64,000 nucleotides of DNA from a bacterium (GTDB lineage Bacteria > Bacillota > Clostridia > Christensenellales > CAG-138). A program made the translations under genes and the position numbers. Below the pieces are notes generated by a model. The model was not told the DNA's origin and ran no database searches. It was given only the letters and a program-made list of their open reading frames with translations. The first letter of the stretch is position 1; each line of letters starts with the position of its first letter. The stretch is from NCBI GenBank assembly GCA_022778545.1, contig JALFDW010000014.1:81822-145821 (forward strand), given 5' to 3'. Below are positions 1-7,870 of this stretch, piece after piece.

Positions 1-2018
1 CTTCCCGGCGAAGGCCGGCATACAGGCCTATCATAATCAAGGCCCTCATAACCACACGAACAGTTTGCCGTCCGTTCATGCTGGGTATCGCCATAGCTTA
101 CCCAATCGCCATAAGTGAGACTGTGCGCTTCAGAGGAGGTTGTACTGTGACCGCACAAAGAGCAGGTTTTGATGACATTATGCGTTGTGTCAGAGACGCT
201 TTCATAGGTGGTTTTGTAGGAGTGATAGGAGTAAACATTACACGGATACCCGCAGGCACATTCTTCTTCTCGCATATGAAACTTCTCATCGGAGTATTTA
301 TAGTCGCTGACTCCGTAAAGACTGTGCTCTTCGTATTCCGTCGTACTATACCCGCAAGAGCAACTGACCTTACGCTCGTGCTTTGTGGAGTAGTATTCAC
401 CCTCGGATACCGTCCAGTTGCCATACGTCAAAGAATGGTTAGCATACTCGGTGGTGCTGTATCCGCAAGAGCAGCTAACAGTACGCTTGTGCTGGGTTGC
501 ATCATATGAAGTCCAGGAACCATACGACAGTGAATGGCTTGCATATTCATAGGTGCTGTAATCACACAGGGTACAGCTTTTAGTTCTGCGATGCTGCGCG
601 GAAGAGTAGTTGGACCAAGAACCGTAGGAATAGGTGTGATTTTGCTTTGAGGTTGAACCTACATAGCTACTGCAGGTGGAACAGTACGATCCATACTGAT
701 GCTGTGTATCGCTATAGTTGGTGTATTTTGTGGTCTTGGAGTGATTGCCATAGGAATATGATGTCTCACCGCAATCATTACAGGTAGCAGAGCGCCTGTG
801 TCGGGTACTGCTATAATACTGCCATGATCCATACGAATACGTTCCGTGGCTTGTGCCAGAGTCCATTAGCTGATCGCAGTCGCGGCAATATTCGTACCAA
901 TCGCATCCGGACCATTCCGTGTAGGTGGAGCCGTGGCTTGTTCCCGAACTGATATACTCACCACAGTTAGAGCAATACTCATAGTAGGTACAGCCGGACC
1001 AAGAATAATAGGTGGAAGTATGGTAGCAAATCGAGGTGTCATAACTTGAGTTGTAGTATCCGCAGTCACTGCAGTAACCATTGCTGCTAAAGGAATGTGC
1101 ATCCTGCGAAAGTAAGAATTGCGCAGAGCAATTAGTACAACAAACTATTGTATTATGCTTGCTGGAATTGAGAACTGTGTAACTGTAATACCAGTCGCAG
1201 CTTGAACAAGAACAGTCGCTCAAATAACATCCTGAAAGAGTCATAATACCGTATGCATCCGTCAGGTGAATTACACGATTATCCGCAGCCCAATTATATA
1301 TGGCAATGTTCAAAACGGCATTCTGCTGTTCTGTGACTACTCGCAGAGAGGTTTGCGTAGTGGACGGAGTGTAAAATGCACCAGGCACGATCTTAAAATT
1401 GTCCGCGTCATAATAGTAGAACATCAGAGTTGTCAGGTTTGGACAATCCGCAAACGCCCTCGTGCCAATCACCGGAGTGGTGTAAGGAATCTCAGCCATC
1501 GTCAGTGCAGAACAACCGTCAAACCAATATGCGATATTGGAGATCGAAAGCGCATCCATATCATAAAACCAGACTTCTGTGATCTGATTACGATATGCGA
1601 TCCACGGCTGATCATCAGCGGAAGTGAACTCTGCGCAGTCGCCGCTTCCGGAAATGGTAAGCCGTCCGGTGGAACTATCATAAGACCACTCTACAGAGCT
1701 TTCTTTGATATAACCGGAGGTGGTATCTTCGGCTGTTTCCGTTTCCGTAGCAGCCTCAGTGGTTTCTTCTGCGACTTCGGTCACTTCTGTATCAGAAGCA
1801 ATTTCATAGGTCTCTGCGGCAAGTTCTGAGACAACGGCTTCATCTTCGGCGGCAACGATTGTTTCAACGGATTCCTCGTGGCTGCATTCTCCGGTGTGGA
1901 CATGGATTTCGTCGGTCGCTTCTGCTGCCAATGCGCCCGTTGGGAGCATTGTGAATGCTAACAGGAACACCAGCAGCAAAGAAGTAACGCGACGCGAAAA
2001 GAGGTTTTTTATCTTCAT
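1..2018 (-). CDS. Secreted surface protein, partial (C-terminus lies beyond the window start): signal peptide, acidic linker, BspA-type leucine-rich-repeat region, then at least 12 tandem Cys/His-rich mini-repeats
   Basis: This frame is open from 2018 to position 1, so the gene is absent from the ORF track. The ATG at 2018 is preceded by an AAGGAGGG RBS. Hand translation gives MKIKNLFSRRVTSLLLVFLLAFTMLPTGALAAEA (signal peptide) and an E/T/A-rich linker. An LRR-like region follows: WSYDSSTGRLTISGSGD...AYWFDGCSALTMAEIP...RAFADCPNLTTL. From ~1240 down to 1 there are repeats such as HKRTVSCSCGYSTTEYANHSLTYGNW. Confidence 0.75.
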   Translation of the reverse strand, partial: MKIKNLFSRRVTSLLLVFLLAFTMLPTGALAAEATDEIHVHTGECSHEESVETIVAAEDEAVVSELAAETYEIASDTEVTEVAEETTEAATETETAEDTTSGYIKESSVEWSYDSSTGRLTISGSGDCAEFTSADDQPWIAYRNQITEVWFYDMDALSISNIAYWFDGCSALTMAEIPYTTPVIGTRAFADCPNLTTLMFYYYDADNFKIVPGAFYTPSTTQTSLRVVTEQQNAVLNIAIYNWAADNRVIHLTDAYGIMTLSGCYLSDCSCSSCDWYYSYTVLNSSKHNTIVCCTNCSAQFLLSQDAHSFSSNGYCSDCGYYNSSYDTSICYHTSTYYSWSGCTYYEYCSNCGEYISSGTSHGSTYTEWSGCDWYEYCRDCDQLMDSGTSHGTYSYGSWQYYSSTRHRRSATCNDCGETSYSYGNHSKTTKYTNYSDTQHQYGSYCSTCSSYVGSTSKQNHTYSYGSWSNYSSAQHRRTKSCTLCDYSTYEYASHSLSYGSWTSYDATQHKRTVSCSCGYSTTEYANHSLTYGNWTVSEGEYYSTKHERKVSCSCGYSTTEYEEHSLYGVSDYKYSDEKFHMREEECACGYPCNVYSYHSYKTTYESVSDTTHNVIKTCSLCGHSTTSSEAHSLTYGDWVSYGDTQHERTANCSCGYEGLDYDRPVCRPSPG

Positions 2019-2027
2019 ACGCCCTCC

Positions 2028-2534
2028 TTAATCAGCGATAGAAATTGTGATTACCACATTGGCGGCATTTACGTTATCTGCATTGGGTGCGTCGCCGGAA
2101 ATCTTCGCATAGTAGGTCAGAAGCTGGCTCTCACCGGCACCGATCACAGGAAACGCAGAGCTTGTGATATTGAGCTTGCCCGCAGTTACAGTAGGGCAGC
2201 CGTTGATCTTCAAAGCAATCGTTTTGTTGCCGGAGAAATTAGTATAATTACCTACCTTATACGCTCCGTCTGTCACTGAGATGTTTGTGACCTGAATCGC
2301 TCCGGATTTGGAGTTGTTGATGATCCTGGCATTATCAGCTACAACAACCGTTCCATTGATTACATACACAGGGAGCGATGCGGGGACGGTTACATTCACC
2401 GCACGATACTCGTTTGCTACGGTCAGAGTAACAGGAACAGTCGCTGTAGTTTCAGATGCAGCAAATGCGGTGGTTCCGAGAGAAAGCACAAGCATCAATG
2501 CAAGGACAACAGCCGTGATAGATTTATGCTTCAT
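2028..2534 (-). CDS. Small secreted protein, divergent third member of a three-paralog family (unknown function)
   Basis: Signal peptide MKHKSITAVVLALMLVLSLGTTAFA. It shares VTVPxxLP...ADNxxIxNxSxGAxxVxxxSV and a C-terminal AANVV block with the two upstream paralogs. There is an RBS upstream. Its stop lies 10 nt before the start of the LRR gene. Confidence 0.7.
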   Translation of the reverse strand: MKHKSITAVVLALMLVLSLGTTAFAASETTATVPVTLTVANEYRAVNVTVPASLPVYVINGTVVVADNARIINNSKSGAIQVTNISVTDGAYKVGNYTNFSGNKTIALKINGCPTVTAGKLNITSSAFPVIGAGESQLLTYYAKISGDAPNADNVNAANVVITISIAD

Positions 2535-2603
2535 ATAGCTTTCCTTTCTGCAGGGAAAGGCGGCTCATGAGAGCCGCCATCCTGCGATATTGGGTTTGTT
2601 TAA

Positions 2604-3263
2604 TTAGGCTGCGGTATCCCACTCGATGACGAACACGACGTTAGCAACAGTTGCATTGGTAACGGCACTGGACAGAGGAGTTACGATAGCTGCATAGTCG
2701 ATGGTAGCGGTGTTGCGGGTGGTATCACCGACACCGGTCATATAGCAACCATCAATGGGGGCGGTGATCAGCTGCTGAGTGGCGTTATCATTGGAAGTTG
2801 CAACCTGCTGACCGCCGCCGATGGCAATTGCGAAACCGAGCTTGTTGGAATCGACCTTCTCACCGGCGAGGATGGACTTATCGCCAAACTTGGTCAGGTT
2901 CCAATCGGAAGCAGCAGAAATGGTAACGGACTTCACACGGACAGCGCCGTAGGAGTTGTTGACGATCTTGCAGTTGTCTGCGGTCACAACAACACCATCT
3001 TCGGACATTGCCATGGGGAGCACAGTAGGAACGACAACGGACATCTTGGTGGGAGTTACAGTGCCGGGAGTGTCGGGAATACCGTCACCATCGGTATCAA
3101 CGAGACCATCGTTAGTGGTGGTCAGGTTGACGGGGGTGTTGCCCTCGCCACCGGAGGTGTCAACCTCCGCCGCAAAAGCGTTCACAGAGAGGGCACACAT
3201 CATGCAGAGGGCAAGGCACAGAGCGATGATCTTGGAAGCGGGTTTGTTCATGGTTTTGGTCAT
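2604..3263 (-). CDS. Small secreted protein, paralog of 3353-3961 (unknown function)
   Basis: AAGGAGA RBS before the ATG at 3263 and a signal peptide ending NAFA/AEV. It has blocks identical to its neighbour: ADNCxIVNxSYGAVRVKSVTIS, EKVDSNKLGFA, YAAIVTPLSxAVTNAxxANVVFVIEWDTAA. A hairpin plus T-run follows the stop. Confidence 0.75.
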   Translation of the reverse strand: MTKTMNKPASKIIALCLALCMMCALSVNAFAAEVDTSGGEGNTPVNLTTTNDGLVDTDGDGIPDTPGTVTPTKMSVVVPTVLPMAMSEDGVVVTADNCKIVNNSYGAVRVKSVTISAASDWNLTKFGDKSILAGEKVDSNKLGFAIAIGGGQQVATSNDNATQQLITAPIDGCYMTGVGDTTRNTATIDYAAIVTPLSSAVTNATVANVVFVIEWDTAA

Positions 3264-3352
3264 AATTTTTCTCCTTTTCTGCCATTAGGCTATGAAATGA
3301 TTTATAGGAAAAGGGCGACTTTCGCCGCCCCACATCCACGTTATTGATTTAC

Positions 3353-3961
3353 TTACGCTGCGGTATCCCACTCAATGACAAACACCACATTCGCAATGTT
3401 AGCGTTGGTCACAGCGGTGGAAAGAGGAGTAACGATAGCCGCATACTCCACATCAACAGCATTGCCGGAAGTGTTACCAACACCACTCATATAACAGCCT
3501 GCGATGGGTGCAGAGATGAGCATCTGAGTGGAGACATCGGATGCATCGGTCGCAACCTGAGAGCCTCCGCCGATGGACATTGCAAAGCCGAGCTTGTTGG
3601 AATCGACCTTTTCGCTGGCAAGCGTGGACTTGTCACCGAAGGCGGTAAGCCTCCAGCCGTTTGCGGTAGAGATTGTAACGGACTTCACGCGGACTGCGCC
3701 GTAAGAGTAGTTCACAATCTGGCAGTTATCTGCGGTGGTCACATCACCGGACTGGCTCATCGCCATAGGAAGTGCAGTAGGAACAGTTACGGACATCGCA
3801 GTTGCGGAAGGGGTACCGTCAATGGAGCCGTCCTCAGTGGAGCTGAGATAGACGGGAGTGGAGCCGGAGCCGCCGTCAGTATCGACTTCGGCAGCAAACG
3901 CGGATACGGACATGGCACAAACCATGCAGAGAGCAAGTGCAAGGGACATAAACTTCTTCAT
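3353..3961 (-). CDS. Small secreted protein, paralog of 2604-3263 (unknown function)
   Basis: AAAGGAGA RBS and signal peptide MKKFMSLALALCMVCAMSVSAFA/AEV. It aligns end to end with 2604-3263. A hairpin plus T-run follows (~3316-3340). Confidence 0.75.
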   Translation of the reverse strand: MKKFMSLALALCMVCAMSVSAFAAEVDTDGGSGSTPVYLSSTEDGSIDGTPSATAMSVTVPTALPMAMSQSGDVTTADNCQIVNYSYGAVRVKSVTISTANGWRLTAFGDKSTLASEKVDSNKLGFAMSIGGGSQVATDASDVSTQMLISAPIAGCYMSGVGNTSGNAVDVEYAAIVTPLSTAVTNANIANVVFVIEWDTAA

Positions 3962-4001
3962 ACAGAAATTCTCCTTTGAAATGAAAGATTTATATCATGC
4001 C

Positions 4002-4580
4002 TCATTCAAGGACAGTGATATTGATAATGGCACCGGCACAGCCAAGGTAATTGCCGGTATTGGGATCGACATTGTAGAACATGGCGGTACACTCATAAGT
4101 ACCTGCATCGAGATCCACGGAAAGCTTGGCAGTTTCGATTTTACTGCCAACAGGAATGGCACCGGACTTATACACAACTTCGTTGGTGTCGTTCCGGGTG
4201 ATCTCTACGACCTGGGGATAACGGTTAATACTTTCGTTGACGATCATCAGATTACCGGCAGAAGTGCCGTTAGCAAAGTTGGGAGAGGTGTTCATGCTGA
4301 TGTTAATCATGCCTTCCTCAACTTTCTCATTCAGATTCTCAACGATTTTGTCGGTGTCGGCTTCGTCCCAGCCGCCCTCAACAGCACCGTCATCGTAAAC
4401 GATACCGGGACCAGTGGTATCATCTGGTGTCTCTATGGGCTTACCTCCATCACATCCACGGAGCAAACCGAGGATAATGGCGATGACAAGCAGCACACCG
4501 ATGACGATGCCCATGGTCTTCTTGAACTTTGCATTGTCGTTTTTCTTGTTACCCTTGTTGGGATATTTGGACTGATTCAT
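4002..4580 (-). CDS. N-terminally membrane-anchored protein with an extracytoplasmic beta-rich domain (unknown function)
   Basis: GAAGGAGA RBS and a basic N-terminus, followed by the TM segment MGIVIGVLLVIAIILGLL and a ~140-aa soluble domain. It is the first gene of the co-oriented cargo block. Confidence 0.7.
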   Translation of the reverse strand: MNQSKYPNKGNKKNDNAKFKKTMGIVIGVLLVIAIILGLLRGCDGGKPIETPDDTTGPGIVYDDGAVEGGWDEADTDKIVENLNEKVEEGMINISMNTSPNFANGTSAGNLMIVNESINRYPQVVEITRNDTNEVVYKSGAIPVGSKIETAKLSVDLDAGTYECTAMFYNVDPNTGNYLGCAGAIINITVLE

Positions 4581-4710
4581 TTTGATCTCCTTCTGCCTTT
4601 ATCGGCGTTATATTTGTCTTGGGTGTTTTGATAGACGGCAGCACAGCTAAGGCGGTACTACCAAACGGTGAAGATATGCGAACAATCTGTTGACCTCCTT
4701 TCCGGGCATA

Positions 4711-4745
4711 AGAAAAGCTCCCACGATTACCTTTCGTGGGAGCTT
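4711..4745 (-). terminator. Rho-independent terminator downstream of parB and the relic
   Basis: An 11-bp stem (aagctcccacg / cgtgggagctt) with a 9-nt loop, followed on the minus strand by TTTTCTTAT. Confidence 0.5.
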
Positions 4746-4867
4746 CCTCCATATAGATCATGCTGAACCAGCGCTGAGTAGTAATTGCTGATAGTAGTTG
4801 GAGCATTATACAGCGTAGCCAGCAGATACTGCTTGATGCTTCGTATTATCGTGGTGTTCTCTTTAAG
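4727..4867 (-). pseudogene. Relic 3' end of a second RepA/DUF6017-type replication-initiator gene
   Basis: Hand translation gives LKENTTIIRSIKQYLLATLYNAPTTISNYYSALVQHDL. This matches the C-terminus of the intact initiator at 5851-6762 (LKENTTRIRNMRQYLLATLYNAPLTIDNYYRSLVNHDM) at 28 of 38 positions. No upstream coding sequence or start is present. Confidence 0.6.
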
Positions 4868-4923
4868 ACAAATGGATGCCACCGTAAATGTTGATGGCAT
4901 TACTCATGGATAAGCTTCTTTTC

Positions 4924-5811
4924 TCAGCGCTCATTCTGGCGTTGTCTCTTTTTTTGCCACTGTTCAAGCAACTTAATAATCGTATTCTGCATCTGTATGG
5001 GGGTGTAGTTCCTTGGGAAATATTTTCGCAATACGTCAGTGCGCAAAGTAACGCGATCCAATTCGTCTTTCTTCTCCTCGGACATAATAGAATACATTGC
5101 CTCCTGAGTGCATTTGCCCTCGCGACTGAGTTTTTTGAGGCGCTGAGCTTGGGAAAGGGAAGGCGTGTTTTGTGAATAGTCCATGGCATCGAGAAACTGT
5201 TTTTGTTCCTCGTGGCTGAGAAATGAAAGCTCCACAGCGGGACTAAAGGCAACCTCACCACTCTCAACTTTTTCTTGCACCTCCGGGATAAGCTCGGTAA
5301 GACGAATAAAACGCTGTACCTGAGAACGGCTTGCTCCGGCATCATTTGCGACAATGCTAACTGCCCAAGAAGACTTCTCCCCAATTTGGGGAGAAGTCGC
5401 ATCCCCCTGTACTTCAATACGTTTTCCTTGGTGCTTCAAGGCTTCGAGTTTCATTTTGTATGCCTGTGCTCTCTCCATAGGCGTGATGGTTTCTCGTTGC
5501 AGATTACTGTCCACCATGAGAATAACGGCTTCATCGTCGGATAGATTTCGCACAATGGCGGGAATGGTATCTAACCCCGCCAACTCTGCTGCGTGTTGTC
5601 TTCTATGACCGGCTACCATTTCGTAGCCGCCTTCTGGAACAGGACGAATTATTGTAGGATTGAGCACTCCAGCCTGCTTAATGCTTTCTACTGTCTGCTG
5701 CATCAGCTCGTCATCCAGGACTTTGAATGGGTGGTTTTTGAATGGTCGGATCTCTGATATCGGTATCTGCTGTACTTGTTCTTTAATTTCCTCTTTTGTC
5801 AAATAAATCAT
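4924..5811 (-). CDS. ParB/Spo0J-like N-terminal domain protein of the mobile-element type
   Basis: The ParB-box region PFKNHPFKV...VLNPTIIRPVPEGGYEMVAGHRRQHAAELAGLDTIPAIV is present. The gene sits directly downstream of a RepA_N initiator. Confidence 0.85.
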   Translation of the reverse strand: MIYLTKEEIKEQVQQIPISEIRPFKNHPFKVLDDELMQQTVESIKQAGVLNPTIIRPVPEGGYEMVAGHRRQHAAELAGLDTIPAIVRNLSDDEAVILMVDSNLQRETITPMERAQAYKMKLEALKHQGKRIEVQGDATSPQIGEKSSWAVSIVANDAGASRSQVQRFIRLTELIPEVQEKVESGEVAFSPAVELSFLSHEEQKQFLDAMDYSQNTPSLSQAQRLKKLSREGKCTQEAMYSIMSEEKKDELDRVTLRTDVLRKYFPRNYTPIQMQNTIIKLLEQWQKKRQRQNER

Positions 5812-5850
5812 CTCCTTAAATGCAGAAAGCCGCAGGCAAATGCCTACGGC

Positions 5851-6762
5851 TTAAATCTTATTTTCTGCCATATCATGGTTTACAAGGCTTCGGTAGTAGT
5901 TATCGATGGTTAAGGGTGCGTTATACAGGGTTGCTAAAAGATACTGCCGCATATTACGAATGCGGGTCGTATTCTCTTTTAGGCCATCGAGAATGAATTT
6001 GATGTGTTCACTATCGAGCTTCAGAAATTGGTTTTTCACAACATCGATAGGTTTATCATCACCAGAAATGCGGACAGTGGACTTTGTTGTACAAACCGTA
6101 TCCACTATGATTTCTAATATTTCTTTGAGAGTTTCACGCTCGAACGGATAGTCCTCCAGAATGATGTCGTAAGAGATATTCTCCATGATAATCTCTCTGT
6201 ATTCTTCTCTGGAAATCACTTCGTTTCTTTTCGGTTCCCGATAGTGATTCTCACTGAACGAAGTGAAGAGAAGAGAATCAGTATCACTAAAATCAGTATC
6301 ATTTGGATCAGTATTACTACCTCGTGATTTTAACGATTCTTGATCTGTGATTATCACTTCTCCTGAATCGTGATTTTCACGTTTCTTGAATCGTGACTCC
6401 GAAGAAGCAATAAAGTTCTTTACATAGATCAGATTTGGCTTGCCAAGACCTTGCCGCTTTCGCTCTATAAGGCCACATTTCTTTTCAAGCTCGAAAAGGA
6501 GCTTCCCGGCTTTTTGGTCAGCACAGCCCATTGCATCCATGATGTCCTCTATGGTGAAAATGATATATACCTTTCCGTCTTTATCCTGCCAGCCGTTTTT
6601 CGCTGACAGGTTCATTCGATCAAGCAGAAGCCCGTACAGAATTTTTGCTTCTGCGGAAATTGTCTTGAAGCGTTCATTTATGAATAGCATTTTAGGTATT
6701 CGGTAAAATGAAAACTGCTCGGATTCTGCTCCATAGAAGTAATCATACATTGTCTTTGCCAC
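5851..6762 (-). CDS. Replication initiator protein A (RepA_N family) with a DUF6017-like C-terminal region
   Basis: The N-terminus YDYFYGAESEQFSFYRIPKMLFINERFKTISAEAKILYGLLLDRMNLS is typical of Firmicutes RepA_N initiators. The start is either GTG 6762 or ATG 6750. It overlaps the end of the upstream gene. Confidence 0.8.
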   Translation of the reverse strand: MAKTMYDYFYGAESEQFSFYRIPKMLFINERFKTISAEAKILYGLLLDRMNLSAKNGWQDKDGKVYIIFTIEDIMDAMGCADQKAGKLLFELEKKCGLIERKRQGLGKPNLIYVKNFIASSESRFKKRENHDSGEVIITDQESLKSRGSNTDPNDTDFSDTDSLLFTSFSENHYREPKRNEVISREEYREIIMENISYDIILEDYPFERETLKEILEIIVDTVCTTKSTVRISGDDKPIDVVKNQFLKLDSEHIKFILDGLKENTTRIRNMRQYLLATLYNAPLTIDNYYRSLVNHDMAENKI

Positions 6763-7042
6763 GCTCCTTCAGCAGCCCGAAAGAGCGCATGATCTCTTTG
6801 GTACACCAACCAAGGCAAGGAGAGTCCCGACCATAAGGACAGTCAGTACACTCAGAAACAGGCAGCTTCTCGGCCACTACCGTTTCATAGTGAATTTCAA
6901 CACTGTTGCGCCTTGCCGGTTTTTGCGGTACAGGACAACAACAACCATCCTCATAAGTACATCCTTTTCTCTTACCTTTCCAGTAGAGACAATACCTGCA
7001 ACAATACACATTGTAGCTCCACGACTTACCATATGCTTTCAC
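6743..7042 (-). CDS. Cysteine-rich VLP-domain protein (conjugative-element associated)
   Basis: Cys-dense sequence CCRYCLYWKGKRKGCTYEDGCCCPVP...ECTDCPYGRDSPCLGWC. The start was moved to GTG 7042, which sits 5 nt after an AGAGGAGGTG RBS. The track start at 7087 lies inside a terminator stem. Confidence 0.65.
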   Translation of the reverse strand: MKAYGKSWSYNVYCCRYCLYWKGKRKGCTYEDGCCCPVPQKPARRNSVEIHYETVVAEKLPVSECTDCPYGRDSPCLGWCTKEIMRSFGLLKERGKDNV

Positions 7043-7073
7043 TTTGACACCTCCTCTTGCCTGCGTTGTGGCA

Positions 7074-7123
7074 TAAAAAAAGCGCACTTGCCAACCGATT
7101 AGTGTTTCGGTAACAAGTGCGCT
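7074..7123 (-). terminator. Rho-independent terminator at the inner edge of the element's terminal non-coding region
   Basis: A 10-bp perfect stem (agcgcacttg / caagtgcgct) with further inner pairing, followed on the minus strand by seven T residues. Confidence 0.55.
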
Positions 7124-7258
7124 ATGTATGATAAACTTCTTCTAGTTATGTCAGATTAGGACAAATTGATATAAACCTCTCAAATGAATAACCATGCAAA
7201 ATACAGACGCGAAAAAGCCCATAATAAGATCGGCATTGTCGCGGTTCAGAGGCCAAAA

Positions 7259-7322
7259 GTTGCCCCATTTTTTAACTCAAAAGTCATTCAAAACGGATGG
7301 TTGCCCCATTTTTAACTCAAAA
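7259..7322. repeat. Two direct copies of a 23-24 nt motif GTTGCCCCATTTTT(T)AACTCAAAA, spaced ~41 bp start to start
   Basis: Read directly at 7259-7282 and 7300-7322. The two copies differ only by one T in the T-run. CAAAAGT recurs three times nearby and TAGGACAAA recurs at ~7167 and ~7348. Confidence 0.6.
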
Positions 7323-7389
7323 AAACAGGGTCAAAAGTGGTTAAACTAGGACAAAATCAGTCAAACTGCAACAGAGTGTTTTATATAAG

Positions 7390-7424
7390 AAAACCCCGGA
7401 AAACCTTGATTTTCCGGGGTTTTT
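7390..7424 (-). terminator. Bidirectional rho-independent terminator ending the rplM-rpsI operon
   Basis: A 10-bp stem (ccccggaaaa / ttttccgggg) with a 6-nt loop and T-runs on both strands, 30 nt past the rpsI stop. Confidence 0.7.
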
Positions 7425-7454
7425 GAAGCGATTTGATTGTAAAAACCAGTTCTG

Positions 7455-7850
7455 TTAACGCTTGGAGAACTGGGGTGCGCGGCGGGCTGCCTTGAGGCCG
7501 TACTTCTTCCTTTCCTTCATCCTCGGGTCGCGCGTGAGGAATCCGGCTTTCTTGAGGGCACCGCGCAGCTCAGGATCTGCAACGATGAGCGCACGGGCGA
7601 TGCCGTGACGGATCGCACCGGCCTGACCGGTATAACCACCGCCGTAAACGTTGACGTTCACGTCGAACTTGGAGAGCGTGTCGGTGAGAACCATCGGCGC
7701 GCGGACGATCATCTTGAGGGTTTCGTAACCGAAATAATCCTCGATGTCGCGCTTGTTGATGGTGATATTGCCGCTGCCGGGGAGCAGACGAACGCGGGCG
7801 ACCGACTTTTTACGCCTGCCGGTTCCGAGATACTGGGTAACTGTTGCCAT
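7455..7850 (-). CDS. rpsI: 30S ribosomal protein S9
   Basis: [14 protein letters not shown]...[19 protein letters not shown]...RAPQFSKR. Confidence 0.97.
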   Translation of the reverse strand: MATVTQYLGTGRRKKSVARVRLLPGSGNITINKRDIEDYFGYETLKMIVRAPMVLTDTLSKFDVNVNVYGGGYTGQAGAIRHGIARALIVADPELRGALKKAGFLTRDPRMKERKKYGLKAARRAPQFSKR

Positions 7851-7870
7851 GTTTCGTTTCTCCTTCCCGC

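Larger units (their letters stand above)
1..7390. mobile_element. Replication/partition plus cargo end of an integrated conjugative or mobilisable element (partial; continues left of the window)
   Basis: The Cys-rich VLP, RepA_N initiator and ParB trio is a hallmark of Clostridia ICEs. GC is visibly lower than in the flanking core. An AT-rich repeat-bearing terminal region abuts the rpsI terminator. The exact end is not determinable from one genome. Confidence 0.65.

Noticed and set aside
78-1829. Track ORFs 78-509(+), 98-424(-), 866-1102(-) and 1266-1829(+).
   Set aside because: They sit inside or antisense to the uninterrupted 1-2018 minus-strand gene. That gene has a proper RBS, a signal peptide and coherent repeats.
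4549-5417. ORFs 4549-4806(-) and 4863-5417(-).
   Set aside because: The first is an out-of-frame reading across the RepA relic and the terminator. The second is an alternative frame inside parB. Neither has an RBS or recognisable sequence.
7259-7322. The direct repeats as a CRISPR array.
   Set aside because: There are only two copies, the spacing is too short, the region is AT-rich, and there are no cas genes. They are treated as element-end repeats instead.
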